Positions 17,804 through 28,600 of a DNA stretch of 32,000 nucleotides are shown piece after piece. A program made the position numbers and the translations under genes. The notes below the pieces were generated by a model that was given only the letters and a program-made list of their open reading frames with translations, was not told the origin of the DNA and did no database searches. Numbering within the stretch: position 1 is the stretch's first letter; every line of letters begins with the position of its first letter. This DNA is from Methylorubrum extorquens (lineage in GTDB: Bacteria > Pseudomonadota > Alphaproteobacteria > Rhizobiales > Beijerinckiaceae): the NCBI GenBank assembly GCA_900234795.1, contig LT962688.1, forward strand, positions 1-32,000. The letters are read 5' to 3'.

Positions 17804-18160
17804 TCACGCCTCGATGGCATCGACCCGGTCGGGATAGAATGCGACGTGGCCGCGGATGCGGGCCACCGCCGGAAACGGGTTCTCGTAGGACCACGCCGCC
17901 GCTTCCCGCGTCGCGCCGCCGACGGTCAGGTCGAAATAGAAGGCCTCGCCCTTGTAGGGGCAGAAGCTCCGCTTCGGGCTGGGGGCGAGCGCGTCCGCGG
18001 CGACATCCTCGCGCGGGAGGTAGAGAACGGGGTCGTAGCCCGCCTCGCAGAGTTTCAGCGCCCGCCGCGTCTCGGCGACGATGCGCCCGCCGAGACGCAC
18101 CCGCACGGGGGTCGGGTGGGGTGTGATGGTGATCGGGTGCGCGGGGCCGGGTTCCTTCAT
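17804..18160 (-). CDS. DUF427 domain protein
   Basis: ..VRVRLGGRIVAETRRALKLCEAGYDPVLYLPREDV..SFCPYKGEAFYFDL..AAWSYENPFPAVARIRGHVAFYPDRVD fits the DUF427 pattern. The start overlaps the upstream gene's stop (TCAT at 18157-18160). Confidence 0.75.
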   Translation of the reverse strand: MKEPGPAHPITITPHPTPVRVRLGGRIVAETRRALKLCEAGYDPVLYLPREDVAADALAPSPKRSFCPYKGEAFYFDLTVGGATREAAAWSYENPFPAVARIRGHVAFYPDRVDAIEA

Positions 18161-19050
18161 GCCGGCTCCTCCCGAATCGGAAACCGGTGCTCGGCGGCGC
18201 CGAGCGCATCCGCGAGCCGCGCCTTGGCGCTGCCGGGCCGAAGCGGCTTTTGCTGGCTCTCATGCGGTGCCCAGCCGGACAGCCAAAGGATCTCGAAGGT
18301 CGCCCGCAGCCGCCCGTCCGGATCGGAGAAGCGCTCGGCATAGATCGCGGCGGCCCGCATCAGCGTCGCCCGACGCAGCGGCGCACGGCGCCGGTCGTGC
18401 AGGGCATTGGTCAGACCCATCGCCCGCAGATCGCGCATCAGCGAGAACGGGTCGCCGTAGCGCACGGTGATGGTGTCGGCGTCCACGACCGGCAGGGCGA
18501 AGCCCGCCCTCTGAAGCAGGCCGCCGAGGTCGCGCAGTTCGGCAAAGGGCGCCACGCGCGGGCTCGCGCCGCCTTCGGTCTCGCTCTCGGCCTGGAGGAA
18601 GGCCTGGCGCAGCTCCGTCAGCGTCGCCCCTCCGAGGAGGCCGGCGAGGAACAGGCCGTCGGGCTTGAGCGCCCGGCGCACCTGCAGCAGGACGCCCGGC
18701 AGGTCGTTGACGTGCTGAAGCGCCAGGGCCGACACCGCGAGGTCGAACCCGGCATGTCCACCGAACGGCAGCACTTCAGGGTCGCCGACCACCGACCCGC
18801 CCGGCTCGGAGACCGGAGCGAGGCGGATCATCCGTTCGACCCGGCCGGTCTGCAGCAGGCGCTCGGATACGAGGGGAAGCGGGGTGCCGAGATCGAGCCC
18901 GAGGGGAAAGGAGCGGGTGACCGCCGCCAGACGATCCTCCAGATCCTCGGCGACCCGCTCGAGCAGGAAACCGGCATAACCCGATCTCCACGCACGCGCG
19001 ATGCGTCGGCGAACAAGGGCGGGATCAAACAGGGGGGCGGACTCGTTCAT
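18157..19050 (-). CDS. Class I SAM-dependent methyltransferase-like protein (NDUFAF5/BioC-like)
   Basis: ..FDLAVSALALQHVNDLPGVLLQVRRALKPDGLFLAGLLGGATLTELRQAF..GGASPRVAPFAELRDLGGLLQRAGFALPVVD..MRDLRAMGLTNAL..EILWLSGWAPHESQQKPLRPGSA matches the conserved alphaproteobacterial homologue usually found next to comF. I chose ATG 19050 (MNESAPLFDP) over the longer track ORF. Confidence 0.75.
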   Translation of the reverse strand: MNESAPLFDPALVRRRIARAWRSGYAGFLLERVAEDLEDRLAAVTRSFPLGLDLGTPLPLVSERLLQTGRVERMIRLAPVSEPGGSVVGDPEVLPFGGHAGFDLAVSALALQHVNDLPGVLLQVRRALKPDGLFLAGLLGGATLTELRQAFLQAESETEGGASPRVAPFAELRDLGGLLQRAGFALPVVDADTITVRYGDPFSLMRDLRAMGLTNALHDRRRAPLRRATLMRAAAIYAERFSDPDGRLRATFEILWLSGWAPHESQQKPLRPGSAKARLADALGAAEHRFPIREEPA

Positions 19051-19202
19051 CGATCGGGGAGATGGGGCTCCGAGGGCATGACGGCCAGGGCGTAAGTTCA
19101 GCCCCGACCTCATGTCCGCAGGCATCCGTCCGGCAGTGTACGGCGTGGTTTCACGATTTCGCGAATCATGCCTCTACACTATCGTCTGGTTGGGATGGTC
19201 TT

Positions 19203-19227
19203 GGAACGGAAACCGGGTCTCTCCGTT
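19203..19227 (+). promoter_or_regulatory. EcfG-type (general stress response ECF sigma) promoter motif GGAAC-N16-CGTT
   Basis: GGAAC at 19203-19207, a 16-nt spacer, then CGTT at 19224-19227. It lies 27 nt upstream of ATG 19254, with GAGGAG SD in between. It is the only exact match I found in the intergenic regions of this window. Confidence 0.5.
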
Positions 19228-19253
19228 TTGCTCGTCGATCGAGGAGATTGAAG

Positions 19254-19481
19254 ATGACCCGGATTTTGATCCGCGCCGCTCTGATCCTTGCCGCAGTGGC
19301 ACTGGCCAGCACCGCGGAGGCCAAGGGTTGCTTGAAGGGTGCTGCGGTGGGTGGCGTGGCCGGGCACATGGCCGGGCACGGCGTCATGGGTGCCGCGGCC
19401 GGATGTGCCATCGGCCGGCATCAAGCGAACAAGAAGGATAAGGCCGCACAGCAGGGCGGTCAGGGAAATAGCGCGCGCTAA
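19254..19481 (+). CDS. Small exported glycine-zipper protein (75 aa)
   Basis: GAGGAG SD. Signal peptide MTRILIRAALILAAVALASTAEA. The mature part CLKGAAVGGVAGHMAGHGVMGAAAGC is a GxxxG glycine zipper flanked by two Cys, followed by a basic/Q-rich tail. Confidence 0.7.
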   Translation: MTRILIRAALILAAVALASTAEAKGCLKGAAVGGVAGHMAGHGVMGAAAGCAIGRHQANKKDKAAQQGGQGNSAR

Positions 19482-19510
19482 CGGCGTCGTGTGACAACGA
19501 TCGGCTCTTG

Positions 19511-20278
19511 ATGGCAGCGCCCGGCCTTCCCGCTCTGAGTGGTGGGATCCGGCGCATCGCTTCGACCCTCATCGGCCTGATTTATCCGCCGACCTGCGTA
19601 TCCTGCGGAGCGGCGACGGGTCAGCCGCATGCTCTCTGCGCCGCCTGCTGGAGTGGTCTGCGGCTGATCGAGCGGCCGTATTGCGAGCGGCTCGGCACTC
19701 CCTTTGCCCTGGATCTCGGCGTCGGCCGCCTGTTGTCGCCCGGCGCGATCGCCGAACCGCCGGCTTTCGGTCGGGCCCGGGCGGTTGCGGTCTATGAGGG
19801 CACCGCGCGCGACCTCGTTCACCGTCTCAAATACAATGACCGCCTCGATCTGGCTCGGACCATGGCCCGCATGATGGCCTCGGCCGGGCGTGAGCTGCTG
19901 GACGAGGCCGAGTTGATCCTGCCCGTGCCTCTGCACGGCCTGCGCCTCTGGCGCCGGCGCTTCAACCAATCGGCCCTGCTGTCTCGAGAGATCGCGAGGG
20001 TTTCGGGAACGCCGTGCGACCTGCGGGCGCTCGCCCGTGTGAAGGCGACACGGCCCCAGGTCGGCCTGACCCGCCATCAGCGCGCGATGAACCTTCAGGG
20101 TGCCTTTCGCGTGCCGGACGACGCGCGATCGCGGATCGCCGGCCGGCGCCTTCTGCTGATCGACGACGTCGCCACCACCGGTGCCACGGGCAACGCCGCC
20201 GCACGGGTGCTGCTGCGCGGCGGTGCGGCGAGCGTCAACCTCCTCACCTTCGCGACCGTGACGCGTGACGGGCTGTAA
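19511..20278 (+). CDS. comF: ComF family protein (PRTase-like)
   Basis: N-terminal CxxC..CxxC zinc finger (CVSCG..CAACW), a second CERLG motif, and the C-terminal PRPP loop LLLIDDVATTGAT. TTG 19508 is an alternative start. Confidence 0.85.
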   Translation: MAAPGLPALSGGIRRIASTLIGLIYPPTCVSCGAATGQPHALCAACWSGLRLIERPYCERLGTPFALDLGVGRLLSPGAIAEPPAFGRARAVAVYEGTARDLVHRLKYNDRLDLARTMARMMASAGRELLDEAELILPVPLHGLRLWRRRFNQSALLSREIARVSGTPCDLRALARVKATRPQVGLTRHQRAMNLQGAFRVPDDARSRIAGRRLLLIDDVATTGATGNAAARVLLRGGAASVNLLTFATVTRDGL

Positions 20279-20295
20279 GCCCGTTCCGTCCCCAA

Positions 20296-20325
20296 GAACG
20301 GAAAACGGGGGCCACAAGGGCCCCC
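20296..20325 (-). terminator. Probable intrinsic terminator of the MFS transporter gene
   Basis: The minus strand reads GGGGGCC-CTTGT-GGCCCCC (7-bp GC stem, 20325-20307) followed by GTTTTCCGTTC. It lies 36 nt past the stop at 20361. Confidence 0.5.
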
Positions 20326-20360
20326 GTCCAACCGATCCATCTCAGACGCAGCGATGCGTC

Positions 20361-21620
20361 TTAAGCGTTTGCCGGTTCCATGCGGCCCCCGGCCTGAACC
20401 TGCGCCTCGGCCGGTTGGTCGAGCACCTTGCCGCGGGGCCCGACCCAGGCGCCGACCCACTTGCGCTGCCACAGGAACAGGCAACCGAGCACGAGGCCGG
20501 TGAACAGGGCGTAGGCCACGAAGCCGGTGGCGAACCCGCCGGTATATTGCTTCGAGAAGCCCATGACGTTGGGCAGGATCGCGCCGCCGAGCGCCCCGAC
20601 CTCGCCGATCATTGAGCCGGCCACCGCAGTGTTGGTCGGCCAGCGCAGGGGCACGAGCTGGAACAGCGCGCCGTTACCCGCGCCGAGCGCGGCAAAGCAG
20701 AGCATGAACAGCAGCGTTGTCACGGCGAGCGAGGGCGTGGCGGTCAGCGCCAGGAACGAGCCGATCGCGGCCAGAAGCACCAGGGAGAGGACGAGGATGC
20801 CGCCCATCCGGTCGGCGAAGTAGCCGCCGAGGATGCGGATGCCGGAACCCATCAGGGCTGCCAGCATCGTCAGGCGCCCGGCCTCGACCTTCGTGACCGC
20901 GAACTGCTCGTAGAAGAAGGTTGGCAGGAAGTTCGACAGGCCGATGAAGCCGCCGAAGGTGATGATGTAGATCAGCGAGAACGACCAGCCGTCCTTGGTG
21001 AACAGGCAGGAGACGTGCTCCTTGAAGGTCTGGCCGTGGCAGTCCGGCGGCTCCTTGGCGAGAAAGATCATCACGAGGATCGGGAGGATCATCACGAGGC
21101 CGGCAAAGCCGTAGACCGCCTGCCAGCCATAGGCCTGGGCCAGCGGCGGCGCGAACAGCACGGCGAGCACGGTGCCGGAATTGCCGGCGCCCGCGATGCC
21201 CATGGCGAGCCCCTTGTGCTCCGGCGGGAACCAGCCCGAGCCGAGCGAGAGCGCCACGCCGAACGAGGCGCCGGCGATGCCGAGCAGCACGCCCATGGCG
21301 AGCACGTCGTTGTAGGAGGAGACGAAGAAGAAGCCGTAGGCCATCGCCAGAACGATGACGCCCATCTCCGTCAGTGCCGCGTTCTTGCGGCCGATATACT
21401 GGGCCAGGATCCCGAGCGGAAAGCGCATGATCGCGCCGGCCAGGATCGGAAGCGAGATCATGAAGCCGGTCTGGGCCGGGGTGAGGCCGTAGGTCTCGGT
21501 GATGAACGGGCCCATGGCGCCGTTGAGCACCCAGATCGCGAAGCAGAAATCGAAATAGAGGAAGGCAGCGAACAGGGTCGGGGGGTGGCCCGACTTCATC
21601 ACGGTCTTGAAGGATGCCAT
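20361..21620 (-). CDS. MFS transporter, NarK/NasA (nitrate/nitrite porter)-like
   Basis: 419 aa with about 12 hydrophobic segments. NNP-like N-terminus (FAAFLYFDFCFAIWVLNGAMGPFI..YGLTPAQTGFMISLPILAGAIMRFPLGILAQYIGRKN) and a glycine-rich GIAGAGNSGT motif. Substrate is not certain. Confidence 0.7.
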   Translation of the reverse strand: MASFKTVMKSGHPPTLFAAFLYFDFCFAIWVLNGAMGPFITETYGLTPAQTGFMISLPILAGAIMRFPLGILAQYIGRKNAALTEMGVIVLAMAYGFFFVSSYNDVLAMGVLLGIAGASFGVALSLGSGWFPPEHKGLAMGIAGAGNSGTVLAVLFAPPLAQAYGWQAVYGFAGLVMILPILVMIFLAKEPPDCHGQTFKEHVSCLFTKDGWSFSLIYIITFGGFIGLSNFLPTFFYEQFAVTKVEAGRLTMLAALMGSGIRILGGYFADRMGGILVLSLVLLAAIGSFLALTATPSLAVTTLLFMLCFAALGAGNGALFQLVPLRWPTNTAVAGSMIGEVGALGGAILPNVMGFSKQYTGGFATGFVAYALFTGLVLGCLFLWQRKWVGAWVGPRGKVLDQPAEAQVQAGGRMEPANA

Positions 21621-21881
21621 CGGCGTGCTCGTTGGGCTCGAAGACGCGCCGCTGGCCTAAACCGGGCGCGGTCTCTCATGCGGAAGAGTGTGTCCGGACA
21701 TGCGCCGTCCGAGCGCGAGGCGCCGTTGCCCCGCTCGCCGCCCGAGGGCTGCGAGGCCGGCAATGCAGCCGGCGTGCCAACTCTCTCCCCGCTTGAAACC
21801 GACGGTCACGCCCGGATGCGACCGCCGCGTGCTGTCGATGCGGGCACGACTGCCTATGAACGATGCAGCGGCGACGCTGCC

Positions 21882-25628
<3,747 letters not shown>

Positions 25629-25639
25629 GCGTTAAAGCC

Positions 25640-26899
25640 TCAGGCTTCCGCTCGTGCGCGGTGGAACACGTCGAGATGGGCGGGCTCGGGGTCCTCGTCC
25701 CACTTGGCGCGGAAGGCGAGGCGGAACAGCTCCTCCGGGTCGCGCTCGGACAGGCGCGGCGGCGGTGCTTCGGATTCCTCGATCGCGATCGCGGTCCGCG
25801 GCGGCACCGTCACCCGCACATCGACCACGCGCACCGGAAAGCTCTCGGCAATGCGGTCTACCTCAGCGCGGTAGCCGGGCAGCAATCCCTCGCGGGCGAG
25901 TCGCACCTGGATGTAGGGCCGCGCCTCCATCGGCAGATCGGGGTCGAGCGCCAGCGCGGCGAGATGATCACCGAGATCGGCCAGCGGCATGTCGCCCGAG
26001 GCCGGCAGGCGCAGGAACGGTACGGGGCGGGGAATCTCGATATGCTCGATCTCCGCCGCGCCCGCGCCAAGCGTCACCAGGGTGACCCCGTGGCGGTAGG
26101 GCTGCTCGGCGGCCGAGAGCGGGATCAGCGAGCCGCAATAGCGCACCTGTCCCCGGCCCAGCACCTGCGCCCGGTGAAGATGACCGAGCGCCACGTAGCG
26201 CGCTTCCTCGGGAAACACGTCGGACGGCACGGCATGCTCGCCGCCGACGAGGATGCGCCGTTCCGCCCCCTCCGATTCGAGCCCGCCCGCCACATGGAGA
26301 TGTCCGGTGACGAGGAGCGGAAGGCCGGCGAGCCGCGGACGGGCCGCCTCGAAGAGCTGGCCGTAGAGGTCGCGCACCGCCCGTACGATCGGCGAGGTCT
26401 CGCCGATGCGGGGCTGCTGGCCGAGCGACGAGAGCGGCGGCAGGCAGGCGGCGGTGGGATAGGAGACGGCGAGCACCTGCGCGGCCACCTCCCCGTTGGC
26501 CGAGCGAACCGGAACGAGGTGCCGGTCGAGGTCGATCGCGCCATCGCGGCGTCGGACATTGCCGACGACGTGGACGCCAATGGCTTCGAGCAGCGGGCGC
26601 GGTGCTTCCAGCCGCCCGGCGGCATCGTGGTTGCCGGCGGTGATGACGATGGTCATGGCCGGCCGCGCCGCGTGGAGCCGCGCCATCAAGGTGTAGAAGC
26701 GGGCCTGCGACTCGCCGGACGGGTTCTGGCTGTCGAAAACGTCGCCGGCCACGACGAGGGCATCGACCTCGCGCTCCACGACGATGGTCTCGAGACAGCC
26801 GAACACCGCGTCGTGCTCGCGTTCGCGCGAGAAGCCGCGCAGCGTCTGGCCGATATGCCAGTCGCCCGTATGGAGTACGCGGATCACTGGAGACGCCAC
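25640..26899 (-). CDS. sbcD: SbcD (Mre11-type) nuclease subunit
   Basis: Phosphoesterase motifs HTGDWHIG, AGDVFD, TAGNHD, TGHLHVAGG and LGHLH. There is an 11-nt gap to sbcC. The start is GTG 26899 or GTG 26887 (VIRVLHTGDWH). Confidence 0.9.
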   Translation of the reverse strand: MASPVIRVLHTGDWHIGQTLRGFSREREHDAVFGCLETIVVEREVDALVVAGDVFDSQNPSGESQARFYTLMARLHAARPAMTIVITAGNHDAAGRLEAPRPLLEAIGVHVVGNVRRRDGAIDLDRHLVPVRSANGEVAAQVLAVSYPTAACLPPLSSLGQQPRIGETSPIVRAVRDLYGQLFEAARPRLAGLPLLVTGHLHVAGGLESEGAERRILVGGEHAVPSDVFPEEARYVALGHLHRAQVLGRGQVRYCGSLIPLSAAEQPYRHGVTLVTLGAGAAEIEHIEIPRPVPFLRLPASGDMPLADLGDHLAALALDPDLPMEARPYIQVRLAREGLLPGYRAEVDRIAESFPVRVVDVRVTVPPRTAIAIEESEAPPPRLSERDPEELFRLAFRAKWDEDPEPAHLDVFHRARAEA

Positions 26900-27018
26900 T
26901 CACCGCTACCGGGGCCGCGACCGTCGCCGCCTCAAGCGTTTTGTAGCGGGTTAGGCCGCCGGCTTCGAGAGCGTCCCGGCCGCAGGCCCGGATCTCCTGT
27001 GATTCGTGGGCGACCGGC

Positions 27019-27273
27019 TCAGTGGCAGACGGTGACCGTCTTCACGATCCAGCCCTCGTCGGCCTGCCAGAGCTTGCGCCGTACGCGGTTGCAGTTGGGG
27101 GATTCGGCTGCGGTCCAGGCGGTCTGCGGCCCGAGCGGCTGCGGTGCCGCCTGCGCGACCGCCGTTCGCGCCGGGCGCGGGGGGGCCGCCTTGCGGGCGG
27201 CGAGGGCCTCGCCGGGCAGCATCAGGCCAAGGCAAAGCAGTCCGAGCGAAGAGCGGAGGAGGGAGGCGCGCAA
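27019..27273 (-). CDS. Putative small exported protein (84 aa, two Cys), TTG start
   Basis: Signal-like N-terminus (M)RASLLRSSLGLLCLGLMLPGEALA. The mature end is ..ESPNCNRVRRKLWQADEGWIVKTVTVCH. Only a TTG start keeps the signal peptide. The ORF contains a G7/C7 run (27179-27185). Confidence 0.4.
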   Translation of the reverse strand: MRASLLRSSLGLLCLGLMLPGEALAARKAAPPRPARTAVAQAAPQPLGPQTAWTAAESPNCNRVRRKLWQADEGWIVKTVTVCH

Positions 27274-27614
27274 GGGAAGGGGTCCGTGGATCGGGCCGAA
27301 CGGCTACGCTTGATCTAGAGACCCGCCCGGCCAATGCAATCGCCGTCCGCCACAATTCGCCCCGGAATCCGCACCTTTTTTACGAAATCGTTAAAGCCCT
27401 TCATTCGGCGCATGGCGGCCGCGCGTGTAACCTTTCGGACACAATGTTCGCACACTTGCCGGTGCAGGAGGCGTGACGGTTGCGATCGGCCCTGACGCCC
27501 GGCCGCTTCCTTGCTAGGGAGCAAGCGGGGCAGTTCAGCCGGCCCGGATGATCGTGACCGTTTCCCCGTATTCCGGAGACGTTTCCCGGCCCGGCCACTT
27601 CGATCGAGCGATCC

Positions 27615-28532
27615 ATGTCAGTTCAGAACCGCCGTAAGCTTCTTCTCGGAGCCATGACGAGCCTCGGGCTCGCGAGCCTGCCGGCGCGCGTCCTCGCCCA
27701 GAGTTTCGAAGGGTTCGACGACGACCGTCTTTATCAGGACAGCGCCGGCCAGCTCTACCGCCGCCGGGGCGGGCAGTACGTTCCCTATAACGGTCGGGTC
27801 AGCAACGGACGGCCGGTGCCGGATTCGCAGACGGATCTCGACGCCGAGGCCTATGCCCGTCGCCGGGCCGAGCGCTATGGCGAGCCGCCCGCCGCCGAGG
27901 CGCCGAACCAGACGCCGCGCCAGCAGCAGGCCGGTTATCCGGTGCCGCCGCAGGAGCCCGATAACGGCCCGATCGACTACACGCGGGCCTACGCGGCGAT
28001 CGCCAACGAGCCGTTCCCGGTCCAGGCGATCCCTTACAAGAAGTTCGACCCGGTCTTCCTCCGCCAAGAGGTTGATTTTCGCACGAACGAGGCGCCGGGC
28101 ACCATCGTCGTCGATCCCAAGGCGCACTTCCTCTACCTCGTCCTGCCGAACGGCCGGGCCCGGCGCTACGGCGTCGGCGTGGGCAAGCAGGGCTTCTCGT
28201 GGTCGGGCAGCGCCACCGTCAATTCGAAGCAGGCTTGGCCGGATTGGTATCCGCCCAAGGAGATGATCGCCCGCCGGCCGGACCTCGCCCGCGAGGTCGA
28301 CAAGCTCCAGAGCGGCCTCGGCGTGCCCGGCGGCAGCCGCAACCCGCTCGGCGCCCGGGCCATGTACCTCTGGCAGAACAACAAGGACACGCTGTTCCGC
28401 ATCCACGGCACGCTGGAGCCGCACTCCATCGGCAAGAGCGTGTCCTCGGGCTGCATCCGCATGATCAATCAGGACGCCATCGACCTGTTCAACCGCGTCG
28501 AAGTCGGCGCGAAGGTGGTGGTGCTCGGCTGA
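27615..28532 (+). CDS. L,D-transpeptidase (YkuD family)
   Basis: Catalytic motif HGT..PHSIGKSVSSGCIRM. Tat-like signal MSVQNRRKLLLGAMTSLGLASLPARVLA. A P/Q-rich linker precedes the YkuD domain. Confidence 0.88.
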   Translation: MSVQNRRKLLLGAMTSLGLASLPARVLAQSFEGFDDDRLYQDSAGQLYRRRGGQYVPYNGRVSNGRPVPDSQTDLDAEAYARRRAERYGEPPAAEAPNQTPRQQQAGYPVPPQEPDNGPIDYTRAYAAIANEPFPVQAIPYKKFDPVFLRQEVDFRTNEAPGTIVVDPKAHFLYLVLPNGRARRYGVGVGKQGFSWSGSATVNSKQAWPDWYPPKEMIARRPDLAREVDKLQSGLGVPGGSRNPLGARAMYLWQNNKDTLFRIHGTLEPHSIGKSVSSGCIRMINQDAIDLFNRVEVGAKVVVLG

Positions 28533-28542
28533 TCCCGCGATA

Positions 28543-28597
28543 GTTTCCTCGCACGGTCAGCCCGCCTTCGGACGGCGGGCACCCGAAACGAGGAAAC
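28543..28597 (+). promoter_or_regulatory. Nested hairpin that pairs the S9 peptidase Shine-Dalgarno
   Basis: Outer stem GTTTCCTCG (28543-28551) pairs with CGAGGAAAC (28589-28597), 9 bp, perfect. Inner stem GCCCGCC (28560-28566) pairs with GGCGGGC (28574-28580). GAGGAA (28590-28595) is the SD for ATG 28601. Confidence 0.45.
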
Positions 28598-28600
28598 ATC

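Noticed and set aside
15996-18341. 781-aa minus-strand ORF covering the mutT end, the 513-aa gene and DUF427
   Set aside because: The translation is R/P/G/A-rich with no motif. It is antisense to ORFs with proper composition and family signatures, which is a typical high-GC stop-codon-poor artefact.
27315-27524. 69-aa minus-strand ORF in the ldt upstream spacer
   Set aside because: It has no SD and poor composition. It lies in the AT-richer promoter region and is more likely non-coding.
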